Shown here piece by piece: positions 1 through 10,300 of a stretch of DNA of 48,865 bases. Numbering within the stretch: the first letter of the stretch is position 1; each line of letters begins with the position of its first letter. The notes beneath the pieces are model-generated. The model saw nothing but the letters and a program-made list of their open reading frames with translations, did no database searches and was not told where the DNA came from. The stretch lies in NCBI GenBank assembly GCA_023131055.1, contig JAGMAB010000002.1, positions 1 to 48,865 of the forward strand. The letters run 5' to 3'. The position numbers and the translations under genes were made by a program. The stretch comes from Candidatus Parcubacteria bacterium (lineage in GTDB: Bacteria > Patescibacteriota > Minisyncoccia > Minisyncoccales > JAGMAB01).

Positions 1-1743
1 GACCTGAATATAAAAGTTGGCGCAAAAGAGGTGTATAAATATGGCGGCAAATTCGCGTATGAGTATAGAGGAACATATGATATAGAAAATGAACCGACCG
101 GAAAATGTGTCAATCAAAACATATCTTCCGGTACATATGTAACCGCAAATGATATATGTAATTGGTTAGGAAAAGGTAATTGTGTAGAGGCGTCAGGATT
201 GCTTCGTATCTATGTTGATTCTGATTGTAGTGGTGGGTTTAATGGTGTTAGCGCACATGGGACTAATGGTTGTACTGGTGGTATGACTGCACCAGGGACT
301 CGGAAAAGCGCAGGAGTTGATAATTTGGTCTGTTCCGCAGATGTTGGTAAGGGTAATATAGACCTGCAAGTTAATGGAAAAATAGAAAATGCGAAAATAA
401 CTTTTATCGGCGACGGATTGGAGATTGATATAATCAATAAAGATAATGAATATGATAGTTGCGACCCTTCTTCTGCTTGTGGTGTAAGTCATCAAATACC
501 ACATCCTGAACACGCTTTTCAAACCTGGGCAGTAGGCGGAGCGAGAATTTATACTGATAATGGCAGTATAACAGGATATGTAAAACCAATTTCTACTACT
601 CATCAAGGTTATGTAAAAAAAGCATCTTTAAGCGGCGACATAGATTCTAATTGTAGTTTTCCTCTTTCAACAAGGGATCCTAATCCTTGTAATGATCCAG
701 CTACCGGCCATCCGGATTTTTATGTTTATGTTGATGATGCATTATCAGTGAGTGAAGATGATTATATGCCTAAAAGGTGGGAAGGGCCATCACCTATTAA
801 TCCTTCTCCATTTAACAGTAATGGTAAATCAAAAGTAAAAGTGAAAACCAATGATTCCGTTACTTGGCTTGGACACTCTTATAAATATATTGGTATTGAT
901 ACTTTTGCTTTGAATTACACCCTCTCGGTGCCGACGCGGAATCCACAAGTGACGGTTAATGGCGAGACCGTGGGTGGCGCGAGTGTTGGAGAATTAAAAG
1001 ACCACGAATCAGTAACCTATAATTTAACCAGTTTGACGCAAGGTATAAATCATCTTGATTTTTCAACTGTTGGGCCGGGCAGTGTTTTGAGTTCGCCGCA
1101 TATAATTGATGGCAGTGTCGGCTCCGGCAAGTTCAACTATATTATTACCGGCGATTTAACCCAGACCATTGATTTGGCTTCGGAAATCAATGAGTATGTG
1201 CATACTAATTGCGAAGGCATTGATTGCGTAGTACCTATCAAATTTTCCGGTACCGGGTCAACTATAACCTTTGATACCAGCGGCGCGGCTGTTTTTGGAG
1301 CAGATGAGCAAAAGTGTAATCCATTTGGAACTCCGCCGACTATTACAGATCTTCACTCAGAACCAGGTTGTATTTGGCCTTTGATTTCTCTTAGTTGGAC
1401 ATTTTTAGATACTGGTGATGGTATGTCTGCTTATCAAGTTGAGATCTGGGATCATTCGGATTTTACAGGAACTAGATTATTAGATTCAACAAAAATTACT
1501 ACTACTCCGGCTGATTATCCTGACGGAGCAAGTTTTACTTATGAAGTAGGCGAGCTTCCTATTTCTTCTACTGCTAAATATTATTGGAGGGTAAGGGTTT
1601 GGGATAGTTCAGATACAGAATCTGGATGGTTTGATGGTATGGACACAGGCATTAAACTTCTCTACGACGAGCCGAAAAAAGAGAAAAACTGGCTGGCAAA
1701 CCTTATTGAGATATTCCAGCAACTGTTTAAAACCCGACATTAA
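1..1743 (+). CDS. Large Cys/Gly-rich putative surface protein with C-terminal Fn3-like domain (5'-truncated by window edge)
   Basis: Frame is open from base 1. C-terminal motif SWTF..SAYQVEIWD...YYWRVRVWD..SGW resembles the Fn3-like module of GH78 rhamnosidase N-termini. Confidence 0.6.
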   Translation, partial: DLNIKVGAKEVYKYGGKFAYEYRGTYDIENEPTGKCVNQNISSGTYVTANDICNWLGKGNCVEASGLLRIYVDSDCSGGFNGVSAHGTNGCTGGMTAPGTRKSAGVDNLVCSADVGKGNIDLQVNGKIENAKITFIGDGLEIDIINKDNEYDSCDPSSACGVSHQIPHPEHAFQTWAVGGARIYTDNGSITGYVKPISTTHQGYVKKASLSGDIDSNCSFPLSTRDPNPCNDPATGHPDFYVYVDDALSVSEDDYMPKRWEGPSPINPSPFNSNGKSKVKVKTNDSVTWLGHSYKYIGIDTFALNYTLSVPTRNPQVTVNGETVGGASVGELKDHESVTYNLTSLTQGINHLDFSTVGPGSVLSSPHIIDGSVGSGKFNYIITGDLTQTIDLASEINEYVHTNCEGIDCVVPIKFSGTGSTITFDTSGAAVFGADEQKCNPFGTPPTITDLHSEPGCIWPLISLSWTFLDTGDGMSAYQVEIWDHSDFTGTRLLDSTKITTTPADYPDGASFTYEVGELPISSTAKYYWRVRVWDSSDTESGWFDGMDTGIKLLYDEPKKEKNWLANLIEIFQQLFKTRH

Positions 1744-1752
1744 ACACTTCTT

Positions 1753-2202
1753 ATGGATTTTTTCAAAAAAGTTTTAATTGTTTGTATAGTTTTTTTGATT
1801 GGCGGTTTTGCTTATTTTATTTTTTTTGGTTCTGAAAATTCTGAAAAAGATACAACGCCTGAGCCGGCTCTGGAGACAAATCATCTGCCGAAAGTGAAAT
1901 CGCTTTCTTCCGCTTTTGGCTGCGGCATTCATAATGTGGCGTTTTTCTGGCGATTTTCTGACATAGATGAAAATGATTTTCAATCAGGTTTTCAAATTCA
2001 GATAGACGATGAAGAAGATTTTACTTCTCCTCTTTTTGATTCCCAAAAATCAGACGTCTGGTCTTTGATTGAAGCAGATTATTTTAGATACGACTTGCCA
2101 AAAGAACTTCCAGAAGCGCAAGAATACTTTTGGCGGGTCAGAATTTGGGACAACAAAGACAAGGTTTCTGACTGGAGCCGAAAGCAGATTTTACCGATAT
2201 AA
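1753..2202 (+). CDS. Membrane-anchored protein with Fn3-like domain
   Basis: N-terminal hydrophobic helix, then FWRFSD..QSGFQIQID...YFWRVRIWD..SDWS, paralogous to the C-terminus of the upstream ORF. Confidence 0.65.
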   Translation: MDFFKKVLIVCIVFLIGGFAYFIFFGSENSEKDTTPEPALETNHLPKVKSLSSAFGCGIHNVAFFWRFSDIDENDFQSGFQIQIDDEEDFTSPLFDSQKSDVWSLIEADYFRYDLPKELPEAQEYFWRVRIWDNKDKVSDWSRKQILPI

Positions 2203-2226
2203 CTGTTAATTTTCAATTTTCAATCT

Positions 2227-2255
2227 TTGACAAGGGGATTTTTTTTTGTTAAAAT
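2227..2255 (+). promoter_or_regulatory. Sigma70-type promoter of rny
   Basis: TTGACA (2227-2232), 17-nt spacer, TG-extended TAAAAT (2250-2255). Confidence 0.7.
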
Positions 2256-2325
2256 TACTAAAATCAATTATCAATTATTATTTATCAGTAATAAATGATT
2301 AACAATTATTTATTAGTAAAAAAAT

Positions 2326-3822
2326 ATGAATCAACTTATCCCTTTAATAACGGGCATAATTGCTATTGTTATTGGTTCTTTGCTGGGTTATTACGCGCGC
2401 CAGTCAATTGCCAAAAGAAATTATCGGACAATAGAAGCCAAAATCACAAAGAAAATCTCTCAGGCAAAAGCGCAATCTGACCAGATTTTAGAAAAAGCGA
2501 AAAAAGAAACAGACATCAGACGGGACGCTCTTTTTAACACTGAAAAGGTTTTGTTAAAAAGAGAAAACATTTTAGACAGCAAACTTTCTGAATTTGAATT
2601 AACACAAAAAGAATTTCAAGAAAAAGTAGAAAAATTAAGAGGAATCAAAGAGACATTGGAGGAATTAAAATCCCAAGCCCTGAAAAAATTAGAAATAGTT
2701 TCAGGACTTTCCAGTCAGAAAGCAAAACAAGAACTATTGGAAAATCTGGAAAAAGAATACGAGATAGAAATTTTAGAAAGAATGAGAAAATTGGAATCAG
2801 AAGGCCAATCTCGGTTTGAAAAAAGAGCCAAAGAAATATTGGCGCAAACAATTCAAAAATGCGCGGTTTCTCAAGCCCAGGAAATTACCACTACCTCTTT
2901 AACCCTGCCTTCCGAAGAAATTAAAGGAAGAATTATCGGCAAAGAAGGAAGAAATATCAGAACTTTGGAAAAACTTACCGGAGTGGAACTCATAGTTGAC
3001 GAAACGCCGGAAGCGGTAATTATTTCCAGCTTTGACCCTGTTCGCAGGCAAATCGCCAAAAAGGCTCTGGAAAAATTAATTGCTGACGGAAGAATTCAGC
3101 CGGCAAGGATTGAAGAAAAAGTAAAAGACGCGGAAGCGGAAATTAATTCTCAAATAAAGGAAGCAGGCGAGATTGCCGTTTATGAGACCGGTATTTTAGG
3201 TTTAGACCCTAAAATAGTCCAATTATTGGGCAGACTGCGTTTTAGAACCAGTTATGGCCAGAATGTTCTGCTTCATTCAATTGAAGTGGCATTTTTAGCC
3301 GAGGCATTGGCTTCGGAAATTGGCGCTGACGCAGCAGTTTGCAAGAGAGCGGGCCTTTTGCACGATATTGGAAAAGCGGTAGACCATCAGGTGGAAGGTT
3401 CTCATTGCGATATTGGAATCAAAATTTTAGAGAAATTTCAAGAGGAGAAAGAAATAATATCAGCTATGAAATCACATCATGAGGAATATCCTTATGAATC
3501 CCTTGAAGCAATTATTGTTCAGGTGGCAGACCAAATTTCAGGAGCCAGACCCGGCGCCAGAAAAGACACTTTGGAAAATTACTTAAAACGGCTTGGAGAT
3601 TTGGAAAATATCGCTCTTTCTTTTTCCGGCGTGGAAAAAGCGTACGCAATTCAGGCTGGCAGGGAAATAAGGGTTTTTGTAAAACCGGACCAGATTGATG
3701 ATTTAGCCACCAAGAAACTGGCTCAGGAAATTGCCCGAAGAATTCAGGAAGAATTGAGATATCCTGGCGAGATTAAAGTGAGCGTAATCAGGGAAAACCG
3801 GGTAGTTGAATACGCCAAGTGA
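2326..3822 (+). CDS. rny: Ribonuclease Y
   Basis: N-terminal TM helix, coiled coil, KH domain (KGRIIGKEGRNIR), HD domain (LLHDIGKA), C-terminal YPGEIKVSVIRE. Confidence 0.97.
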   Translation: MNQLIPLITGIIAIVIGSLLGYYARQSIAKRNYRTIEAKITKKISQAKAQSDQILEKAKKETDIRRDALFNTEKVLLKRENILDSKLSEFELTQKEFQEKVEKLRGIKETLEELKSQALKKLEIVSGLSSQKAKQELLENLEKEYEIEILERMRKLESEGQSRFEKRAKEILAQTIQKCAVSQAQEITTTSLTLPSEEIKGRIIGKEGRNIRTLEKLTGVELIVDETPEAVIISSFDPVRRQIAKKALEKLIADGRIQPARIEEKVKDAEAEINSQIKEAGEIAVYETGILGLDPKIVQLLGRLRFRTSYGQNVLLHSIEVAFLAEALASEIGADAAVCKRAGLLHDIGKAVDHQVEGSHCDIGIKILEKFQEEKEIISAMKSHHEEYPYESLEAIIVQVADQISGARPGARKDTLENYLKRLGDLENIALSFSGVEKAYAIQAGREIRVFVKPDQIDDLATKKLAQEIARRIQEELRYPGEIKVSVIRENRVVEYAK

Positions 3823-3948
3823 GAAAAATCTAAAAGTTAAAACAAAAAACAAAAAAATACAAGTTAAAACTTAAAAGTTTTTGTTAACGTTTATTTTTAA
3901 CTTTTTTGTTGTAGTTTTGGCTTTTTTGTTTTGTGTTTTGGATTTTAA

Positions 3949-4022
3949 TGGAGCGGGTGAAGGGAATCGAACCCTCATCATTTGGTTGGAAACCAAAAGC
4001 TTTACCACTAAGCTACACCCGC
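3949..4022 (-). tRNA. tRNA-Gly(TCC)
   Basis: Reverse complement GCGGGTG...TTTGG-TTTCCAA-CCAAA...TTCGATT...CACCCGC-T-CCA. Confidence 0.95.
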
Positions 4023-4023
4023 G

Positions 4024-4094
4024 TCGGGGTACCCAGATTCGAACTGGGACTAAATCCTCCCAAAGGATTCGTGCTACCGTTGCACTATACCCCG
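4024..4094 (-). tRNA. tRNA-Pro(TGG)
   Basis: Reverse complement CGGGGTA...AATCC-TTTGGGA-GGATT...TTCGAAT...TACCCCG-A. Confidence 0.93.
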
Positions 4095-4145
4095 TTAATT
4101 TTTTATATCATTTTATTTTCTTTTAAGCAATGTTATACTAAAATA

Positions 4146-5090
4146 ATGGCTTTTAAGAAAATTTTAGAACAATTAGATATCTTTGCCCAATGCAAGAAAT
4201 ATCATATTTCTCTTTGGCAGTGTCCTCAATTCCTTTTTGTATTAATGGGGCTCGTTATTATTACTACAATAGTTGCTAGTTATTTAATCACCGCGCTTTA
4301 TATTACTAATCCTCAAATAGTGATTTTAATTATATTTGTCTTAACCGCAATTTTATTTATTATTGCTTTTATTATCAATAGCAGTTTTGAACGGCTGGCC
4401 GAAGCCAATAGAATGAAATCAGAATTTGTGGGTATAGTTTCTCATCAATTGCGCGCCCCGCTCACCAATTTGAAATACATAATGGAATTTTTAATTTCCG
4501 ATAAAACCATAAAAAAACAGTCAGAATATTTTAAAATTATTCAGGAAAACAACGAAAGAATGAATGAACTAATTAATGATTTGCTGATTGTTTCGCGCAT
4601 TGAACAGGGAAAGATTTTTGTGAATAAAGAAAAAGTAAATATAAAGGACTTGATTGAAAAATTGATTTCAAGATTTAAAACATTTACCAACGCCATTAAC
4701 GCTGAAATAACATTTAAAGCCCAGGAAAATCTGCCAATGGTTTTTGTTGATTCTTCTCAAATAAAATTAGTCATTGAAAATCTCCTGGATAATGCCGTAA
4801 GATATATATCAAACAAAAGCGAAAAAAAAGTAGAAATAAAACTTTCAAAAACAGGCAAAAATCTTTTTTTTGAAATTAAGGATTCAGGCGTTGGTATTCC
4901 CAAACAAGACCAGAAATACATTTTTCAAAGATTTTTCAGGTCAAAAAATGTTATGAAGAACCAAACGCAAGGAACCGGCTTGGGTTTATATATTGCCAAG
5001 GGCATTATTGAAAAGTTGGGAGGGAAAATCGGGTTTAAATCTAAAGAAGAAAAAGGGTCGACATTTTGGTTCACATTACCCATTAAGTGA
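4146..5090 (+). CDS. Membrane sensor histidine kinase (HisKA + HATPase_c)
   Basis: Two TM helices, H-box SHQLRAPL, N-box NLLDNAVRY, DSGVGI, GTGLGL. Start moved to ATG 4146 because the listed start overlaps two tRNAs; TGTTATACT extended -10 lies just upstream. Confidence 0.92.
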   Translation: MAFKKILEQLDIFAQCKKYHISLWQCPQFLFVLMGLVIITTIVASYLITALYITNPQIVILIIFVLTAILFIIAFIINSSFERLAEANRMKSEFVGIVSHQLRAPLTNLKYIMEFLISDKTIKKQSEYFKIIQENNERMNELINDLLIVSRIEQGKIFVNKEKVNIKDLIEKLISRFKTFTNAINAEITFKAQENLPMVFVDSSQIKLVIENLLDNAVRYISNKSEKKVEIKLSKTGKNLFFEIKDSGVGIPKQDQKYIFQRFFRSKNVMKNQTQGTGLGLYIAKGIIEKLGGKIGFKSKEEKGSTFWFTLPIK

Positions 5091-5099
5091 AATTTATTT

Positions 5100-5468
5100 A
5101 TGAAAACAATACTTTTTATAGAAGATGAATCAGCTCTTCAAAAAACCTTTGGCGAAAAATTGTCGCAAGAAGGTTATAAACCCATTTCTGCTTTAGACGG
5201 GGAAATCGGCTTAAAATTAGCCAAAGAAAAAAAGCCGGATTTGATTTTGCTTGATTTGATTTTGCCAAAAATTCACGGGCTTGATGTCTTAAAGAAAATA
5301 AAAGAAGACGAGGAGATAAAAAACATCCCGATAATTGTTCTGACTAATTTAGAAGGAATAGAAGAAATAGAAAAAGCAATGGAATTAGGAGCAAACGCCT
5401 ATCTTGTAAAAGCGAATTATAATTTGGAAGAGCTTGCGGAAAAAGTCAAAAAAGCATTGGAAATATGA
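5100..5468 (+). CDS. Single-domain response regulator (receiver)
   Basis: IEDE, LLDLILP (phospho-Asp), LTN, YLVK motifs. Confidence 0.93.
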   Translation: MKTILFIEDESALQKTFGEKLSQEGYKPISALDGEIGLKLAKEKKPDLILLDLILPKIHGLDVLKKIKEDEEIKNIPIIVLTNLEGIEEIEKAMELGANAYLVKANYNLEELAEKVKKALEI

Positions 5469-7186
5469 AGGTAGAACCACAGCAATTAAAGGCCTTTTTA
5501 TTGGATAGCGGTTCAATCAGCAAGAAGCAGTTTGAAAGCGCGTTAGAAAAGGCAAAAAAAACCAACCAACAAGTTAGCGATGTTTTGGTTTCAGACGGTT
5601 TAATCAGCCAGGAAAAACTAATTCAGCTTGAAGCGTATATTTTGGGAATTCCTTTTATTGATTTAGAAAAAGAAAAAGTGCCATTAAAGATTTTAAAAAT
5701 TATTCCCGAGCCGATTGCCCGTTCTCATAATATCGTTGCGTTCAGAAAAAAAGGAAATAATATAGAAGTGGCAATGTTAGACCCGAAGGATTTAAGAACT
5801 ATTGAATTTATTAAAAAGACCACTTCCTTAAAGATTTTGCCGCGATTAACCACTTCTGAAAGCATTAAAAATGTTTTAAAACAATATCAAGAAACCTTGG
5901 AAGCGGAATTTGGCGATATAATTAAAAAAGAAGCAAAAGGAATAAAAGAGGAGGACGAACTTAAGAAAGCCGCGGAAGAACTTCCGGTAATAAGAATTGT
6001 TGAGACCTTGTTAAAACACGCTATTTTACAGCGGGCGTCCGACATTCATATTGAATCGTTGGAAAAAGAGGTTTTAGTGCGTTATCGCATTGATGGAATT
6101 CTGCATGACGCAATGACTTTGCCAAAGACAGCCGCGTCCGGGATTGTTGCCAGAATTAAAGTTCTTTCTAATTTAAAGCTTGACGAACACCGGCTTCCCC
6201 AGGACGGCCGATTTAAAATTGAAGCCGAAGATTACAAGTATTCTATTCGGGTTTCCATTTTACCGGTTTTTGCGGGAGAAAAAATTGTTATGCGGCTTTT
6301 ATCCGAAACATCCAAGGCCTTTACTTTAGAATCTTTGGGTTTAAGAGGAGAGGCGTTAGAAAAAGTACAGACCAATTTGAGAAAACCGGTCGGAATGATT
6401 TTAGTAACAGGACCTACCGGCTGCGGAAAAACTACTACCTTATATTCAATGATGGAAATTCTCAATAATCCCGGGGTGAACATTTCCACTATTGAAGACC
6501 CGATTGAATATCGCATGCCAAGGATTAATCAAACTCAGGTTAGGGCAAAAATTGGACTTACTTTTGCTTCAGGTTTAAGGTCTTTGGTTAGGCAGGACCC
6601 TGATATTATTATGGTTGGTGAAATTAGAGACAAAGAAACCAGCAATCTGGCTATTAACGCGGCTTTAACCGGCCATTTGGTTTTATCTACTTTGCATACA
6701 ACTAATGCCGCGGGCACTATTCCCCGTTTGATTGATATGAAAGCGGAGCCGTTTTTAATTTCTTCAACTTTAAATTTGATTTTAGCCCAGCGGCTCACAA
6801 GAAAACTTTGTAAAGGGAAAATTAAATACAAATTGTCGTTTTCAGAAATTAAAAATTTAAAAAAATATTGCGACTTGGATAAAATTAATAAAATTTTAAG
6901 AGAAAACAAGTTATTGAAAGCAAATCAGACCTTAAAAGATATTCCATTTTACAAGCCAAAACCATCCAAGGAATGTTCCGAGGGCTATAAGGGACGGCTC
7001 GGTATTTTTGAGGTTTTATTAATTACTGAAAGCATTAAAGAATTAATCGTTAAAAGAGCAGATTCTGACCAAATTACCGAACAGGCAAAAAAAGAAGGAA
7101 TGCTCACAATGATTGAGGATGGTTTTATTAAGGCGGCGCAGGGAATAACTTCAATTGAGGAAATACTCCGCGTCATTATAGAGTGA
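5465..7186 (+). CDS. pilB: Type IV pilus assembly ATPase (PilB/GspE family)
   Basis: ASDIHIE, RLPQDGR, Walker A GPTGCGKTT, TIEDPIEY, RQDPDIIMVGEIRD, LTGHLVLSTLHT. Confidence 0.93.
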   Translation: MKVEPQQLKAFLLDSGSISKKQFESALEKAKKTNQQVSDVLVSDGLISQEKLIQLEAYILGIPFIDLEKEKVPLKILKIIPEPIARSHNIVAFRKKGNNIEVAMLDPKDLRTIEFIKKTTSLKILPRLTTSESIKNVLKQYQETLEAEFGDIIKKEAKGIKEEDELKKAAEELPVIRIVETLLKHAILQRASDIHIESLEKEVLVRYRIDGILHDAMTLPKTAASGIVARIKVLSNLKLDEHRLPQDGRFKIEAEDYKYSIRVSILPVFAGEKIVMRLLSETSKAFTLESLGLRGEALEKVQTNLRKPVGMILVTGPTGCGKTTTLYSMMEILNNPGVNISTIEDPIEYRMPRINQTQVRAKIGLTFASGLRSLVRQDPDIIMVGEIRDKETSNLAINAALTGHLVLSTLHTTNAAGTIPRLIDMKAEPFLISSTLNLILAQRLTRKLCKGKIKYKLSFSEIKNLKKYCDLDKINKILRENKLLKANQTLKDIPFYKPKPSKECSEGYKGRLGIFEVLLITESIKELIVKRADSDQITEQAKKEGMLTMIEDGFIKAAQGITSIEEILRVIIE

Positions 7187-7218
7187 GGAATTAATTGGGG
7201 TCAAACCCCAATCAATTC
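7187..7218. repeat. REP-like palindrome, GGGGTCAAACCCC family, copy 1
   Basis: GAATTAATTGGGG-TCAAA-CCCCAATCAATTC hairpin; related copies at 15125, 23712 and 48496. Confidence 0.7.
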
Positions 7219-7399
7219 TTTTCAATCGATTAGAGTATATATATTCGCTGAGATTTAACAGGGGTTTTCCCCTGTTTTTCATTTGACAATCCATATTGGA
7301 TGTCGGAAAATGAAGATAGATATGGATTTACATTCATACTATCTTCTTTTTTTCGCAAAGCGAAAAAAATAAAATAATCTATTAAGAATATGTATTCGT

Positions 7400-10300
7400 A
7401 TGAAGAATAATTCAAAGGGAAAAAAATTAATCTCACTTCAAGAGGCGACAAAATATTGTTCTTACTCGCAGCCCTATTTAAGATTGCGAGTGAGGCAGGG
7501 AAAATTAAAGGCAGTAAAGATAGAAAATAATTGGTTCACTACTAAAAAATGGATAGAAGAATATTTACAAAAAATTGAAAGTTTTAATGGAAAAAGAAAC
7601 TCTTATTTCCAAAAAGACATTGGAAAATTAAAAACTGAAATTGAAAGATTAAAAAAAGAGATAAAAGTTTTAGAGCCGAAAAAAACTTTTCCAACTTCTC
7701 CAATTCTTGTTTTAAAACCAGCTCTCATTGCAGCCCTGGTTTTTATTTTGTTATGTACAGGAATTGTTTTTGGTAAAGATTCAATTATTAATTTTGCTGA
7801 AGATGTTTCTGAAAACATTTCTGAAAATATTTCTAAAGGGGCAAATATAGCAGGGGAAATAGTATCGGAAATCTCTGTGCCAAAAGTATCTTTACCAAAA
7901 GTATCCTTGCCAAAAGTATCTCTGCCAGAAATATCCGGTTCAGAAATTTCAGCAACAGTGTTTGATACATTCAACATATTGATTTCCGAAATCAATATGT
8001 TGTCCAATAGGGTTGGAAATAAAGCAGCAGATGTTAGCCAATCTGCCAGTCAGGGTATTCAAACAATTCCCCAAACCATAATTCAGGGCTACACTTTTGC
8101 TGATGATTTTGTTGAACAAAAAATTTCCTTGTTTGGTAAAAATATTACTGAAAGATATTTAGCGGCTGATAATTTTGTGGAGCAAAAAATTTCATTATTT
8201 GGAAGACAGATGACTGAAGGAACTAAGGAAGTAGTGGAGATGGTCAGTCAGCCATTTAAAAAAGAGATTGTCATAGAAAAAGTTGCCCCGGTTTCGGGAA
8301 TAACTGAAAAGGAAATTGAAACTTTAAAATCCCAAAGTAAAGAACTAAAAGAAAAAATTGAAAAATTAGAAAGAGAGGGAATTACAGCAAAAGAAATTAT
8401 CAAAGAAGTTGAGGTTTCAAGAATTACAAGAATTGAGCCGGTGAAAGAAATTACAAAAGAAAAAATAATCACTAAGATAGATGACAAGGAATTAAAAAAA
8501 CTCAAAGCCCAAGTAGCTGAATTTTCTCTCTGGGGAACTGACATTGAAGAATTAAGAAACATTACCAAGAAACTTCAGTCCAGGCCTACGGCAACATACG
8601 CGGCAAGCGCTCCAATATATATTGCTTCCCAGGGCCTTCAGGTAGGCGGCACCGGAACATTTGCTTCATTGGGCGTTTCCGGTTCTGCCGGCATAGGTCA
8701 TTTAGGTGTTGGCGGTTCAACTTCTCTTGGCTCAACTTCTTCTGATTATTTAACCGTTAACGCCACTTCTGCTTTTAAGTCAGCAGTAACAGCGGAAGCC
8801 GGGCTGACAGTCGGCACCTCAACCTTGGTTATTGATTCCCAAGGCAATATCTCCACTACCGGAAACATTACCACTACCGGCACAGGCGATCTTATTATTT
8901 CCGGAGACCTTACTATTGCCGGGGCTCAAGTTTTATCCGGAGCATCCAGTTTTACCACTGGAACTTTTAGCGGCGATTTAACAACTGCCGGCAATTTAAT
9001 TTTTGATTTAGCTGAAGATGTAACCATTCAAACAACCGCTCCTTCAGTAGCCAGAATCTATACTATTCCCGACTTTGGAGATGACGATACTTTTGTCGGC
9101 TTGGCTGCTAATCAGGCCTTAACTAATAAGACATACGATGGTTTAAGTTTAACCGCTGAAACCACTGGCTTTACAATTGCTGGTGGAACTACTTCAAAGA
9201 CCTTAACTATAGATGCAGATGGAACTGCTTCCAATTGGAATACGGCTTATACTTATTCTACAGTAGGCCATCTTCCTTTGGTTGGCGGAACATTGACAGG
9301 CAATATAATTTTTGAGGGAGCGAGTGTTGACGAATTTGAAACAACTTTAACAGTTGAAGATCCGACCACTCCCGATAAAACTTTAACCTTGCCCAACTTT
9401 ACTGGATATGTGGTTGCTAATGTTAATAAAGTTACAAATATTGAGGGAACTGGATTGTCTGTTACAGGCGGAACTCTTAACTTTTCAAGTACGGGATTGA
9501 CTTGGGCAGGTAATGTAATAGGATTGAGTGTTGGAGGAACAGGAAAAAATCTAACCGCGACAAACGGCGGCATTGTATGGTCAGATACTGACAGTTTAGA
9601 GATTTTGGCTGCTGGCAGTTCCGGGCAGATGTTAATTTCCGGCGGCGCTGGCACTCCGTCTTGGACAACAACTACAATTCCGTCAACCGCGGCTTCCGGT
9701 TCTATTCTTGCCGCTAATTCGGCTAATACATTATCAGCAATAACTTCAACTTCTGGCACAAAAGTTTTAACAAACACAGCCGGAACAATTACTTGGGAAA
9801 CACTATCTATGACTGCTTCAAGTATTACTGAAACCTGGGCAGGCAGTGTTCAGCAGGCAATTGATAATTTAAGGCAGATGACCGGGCAAATTCGTCCAAT
9901 TAGTCAGGTGCTGGAGATAATAGATACAGGGAGTTATAGCAATATTGAAGCATCAGGAAATAATTATGTTTTAACAGCTGCAGCCACTTCGGGAAATGTT
10001 TTAACAGATGTTATTTCTTCTGATTCAAAACTTCTTTTGTATTTTAAGTCCCTTGAATTAACAGTTATTAATGGCGTTGGAAACACTCACGCAACACCGG
10101 TTCAGGTAGAAATTTACGGCAACGCTGATTCTTACGCGACAGCACTGAATGGAACCACTAAATTCACCATAGACCCAAGTAGTTCGCTTATAGAATTGAA
10201 AAGAAAAGATATAACTGAAGTTGCCACTGGCGCCAATCAAACCGATTGGACAATGACCGCTGCCGGATGTTTTCCATCTGTTGCCGGCGATGAATACGAA

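Noticed and set aside
3933-4145. N-terminal extension of the histidine kinase and ORF 3881-4126
   Set aside because: Antisense translation of tRNA-Gly and tRNA-Pro; a better ATG with a -10 box exists at 4146.
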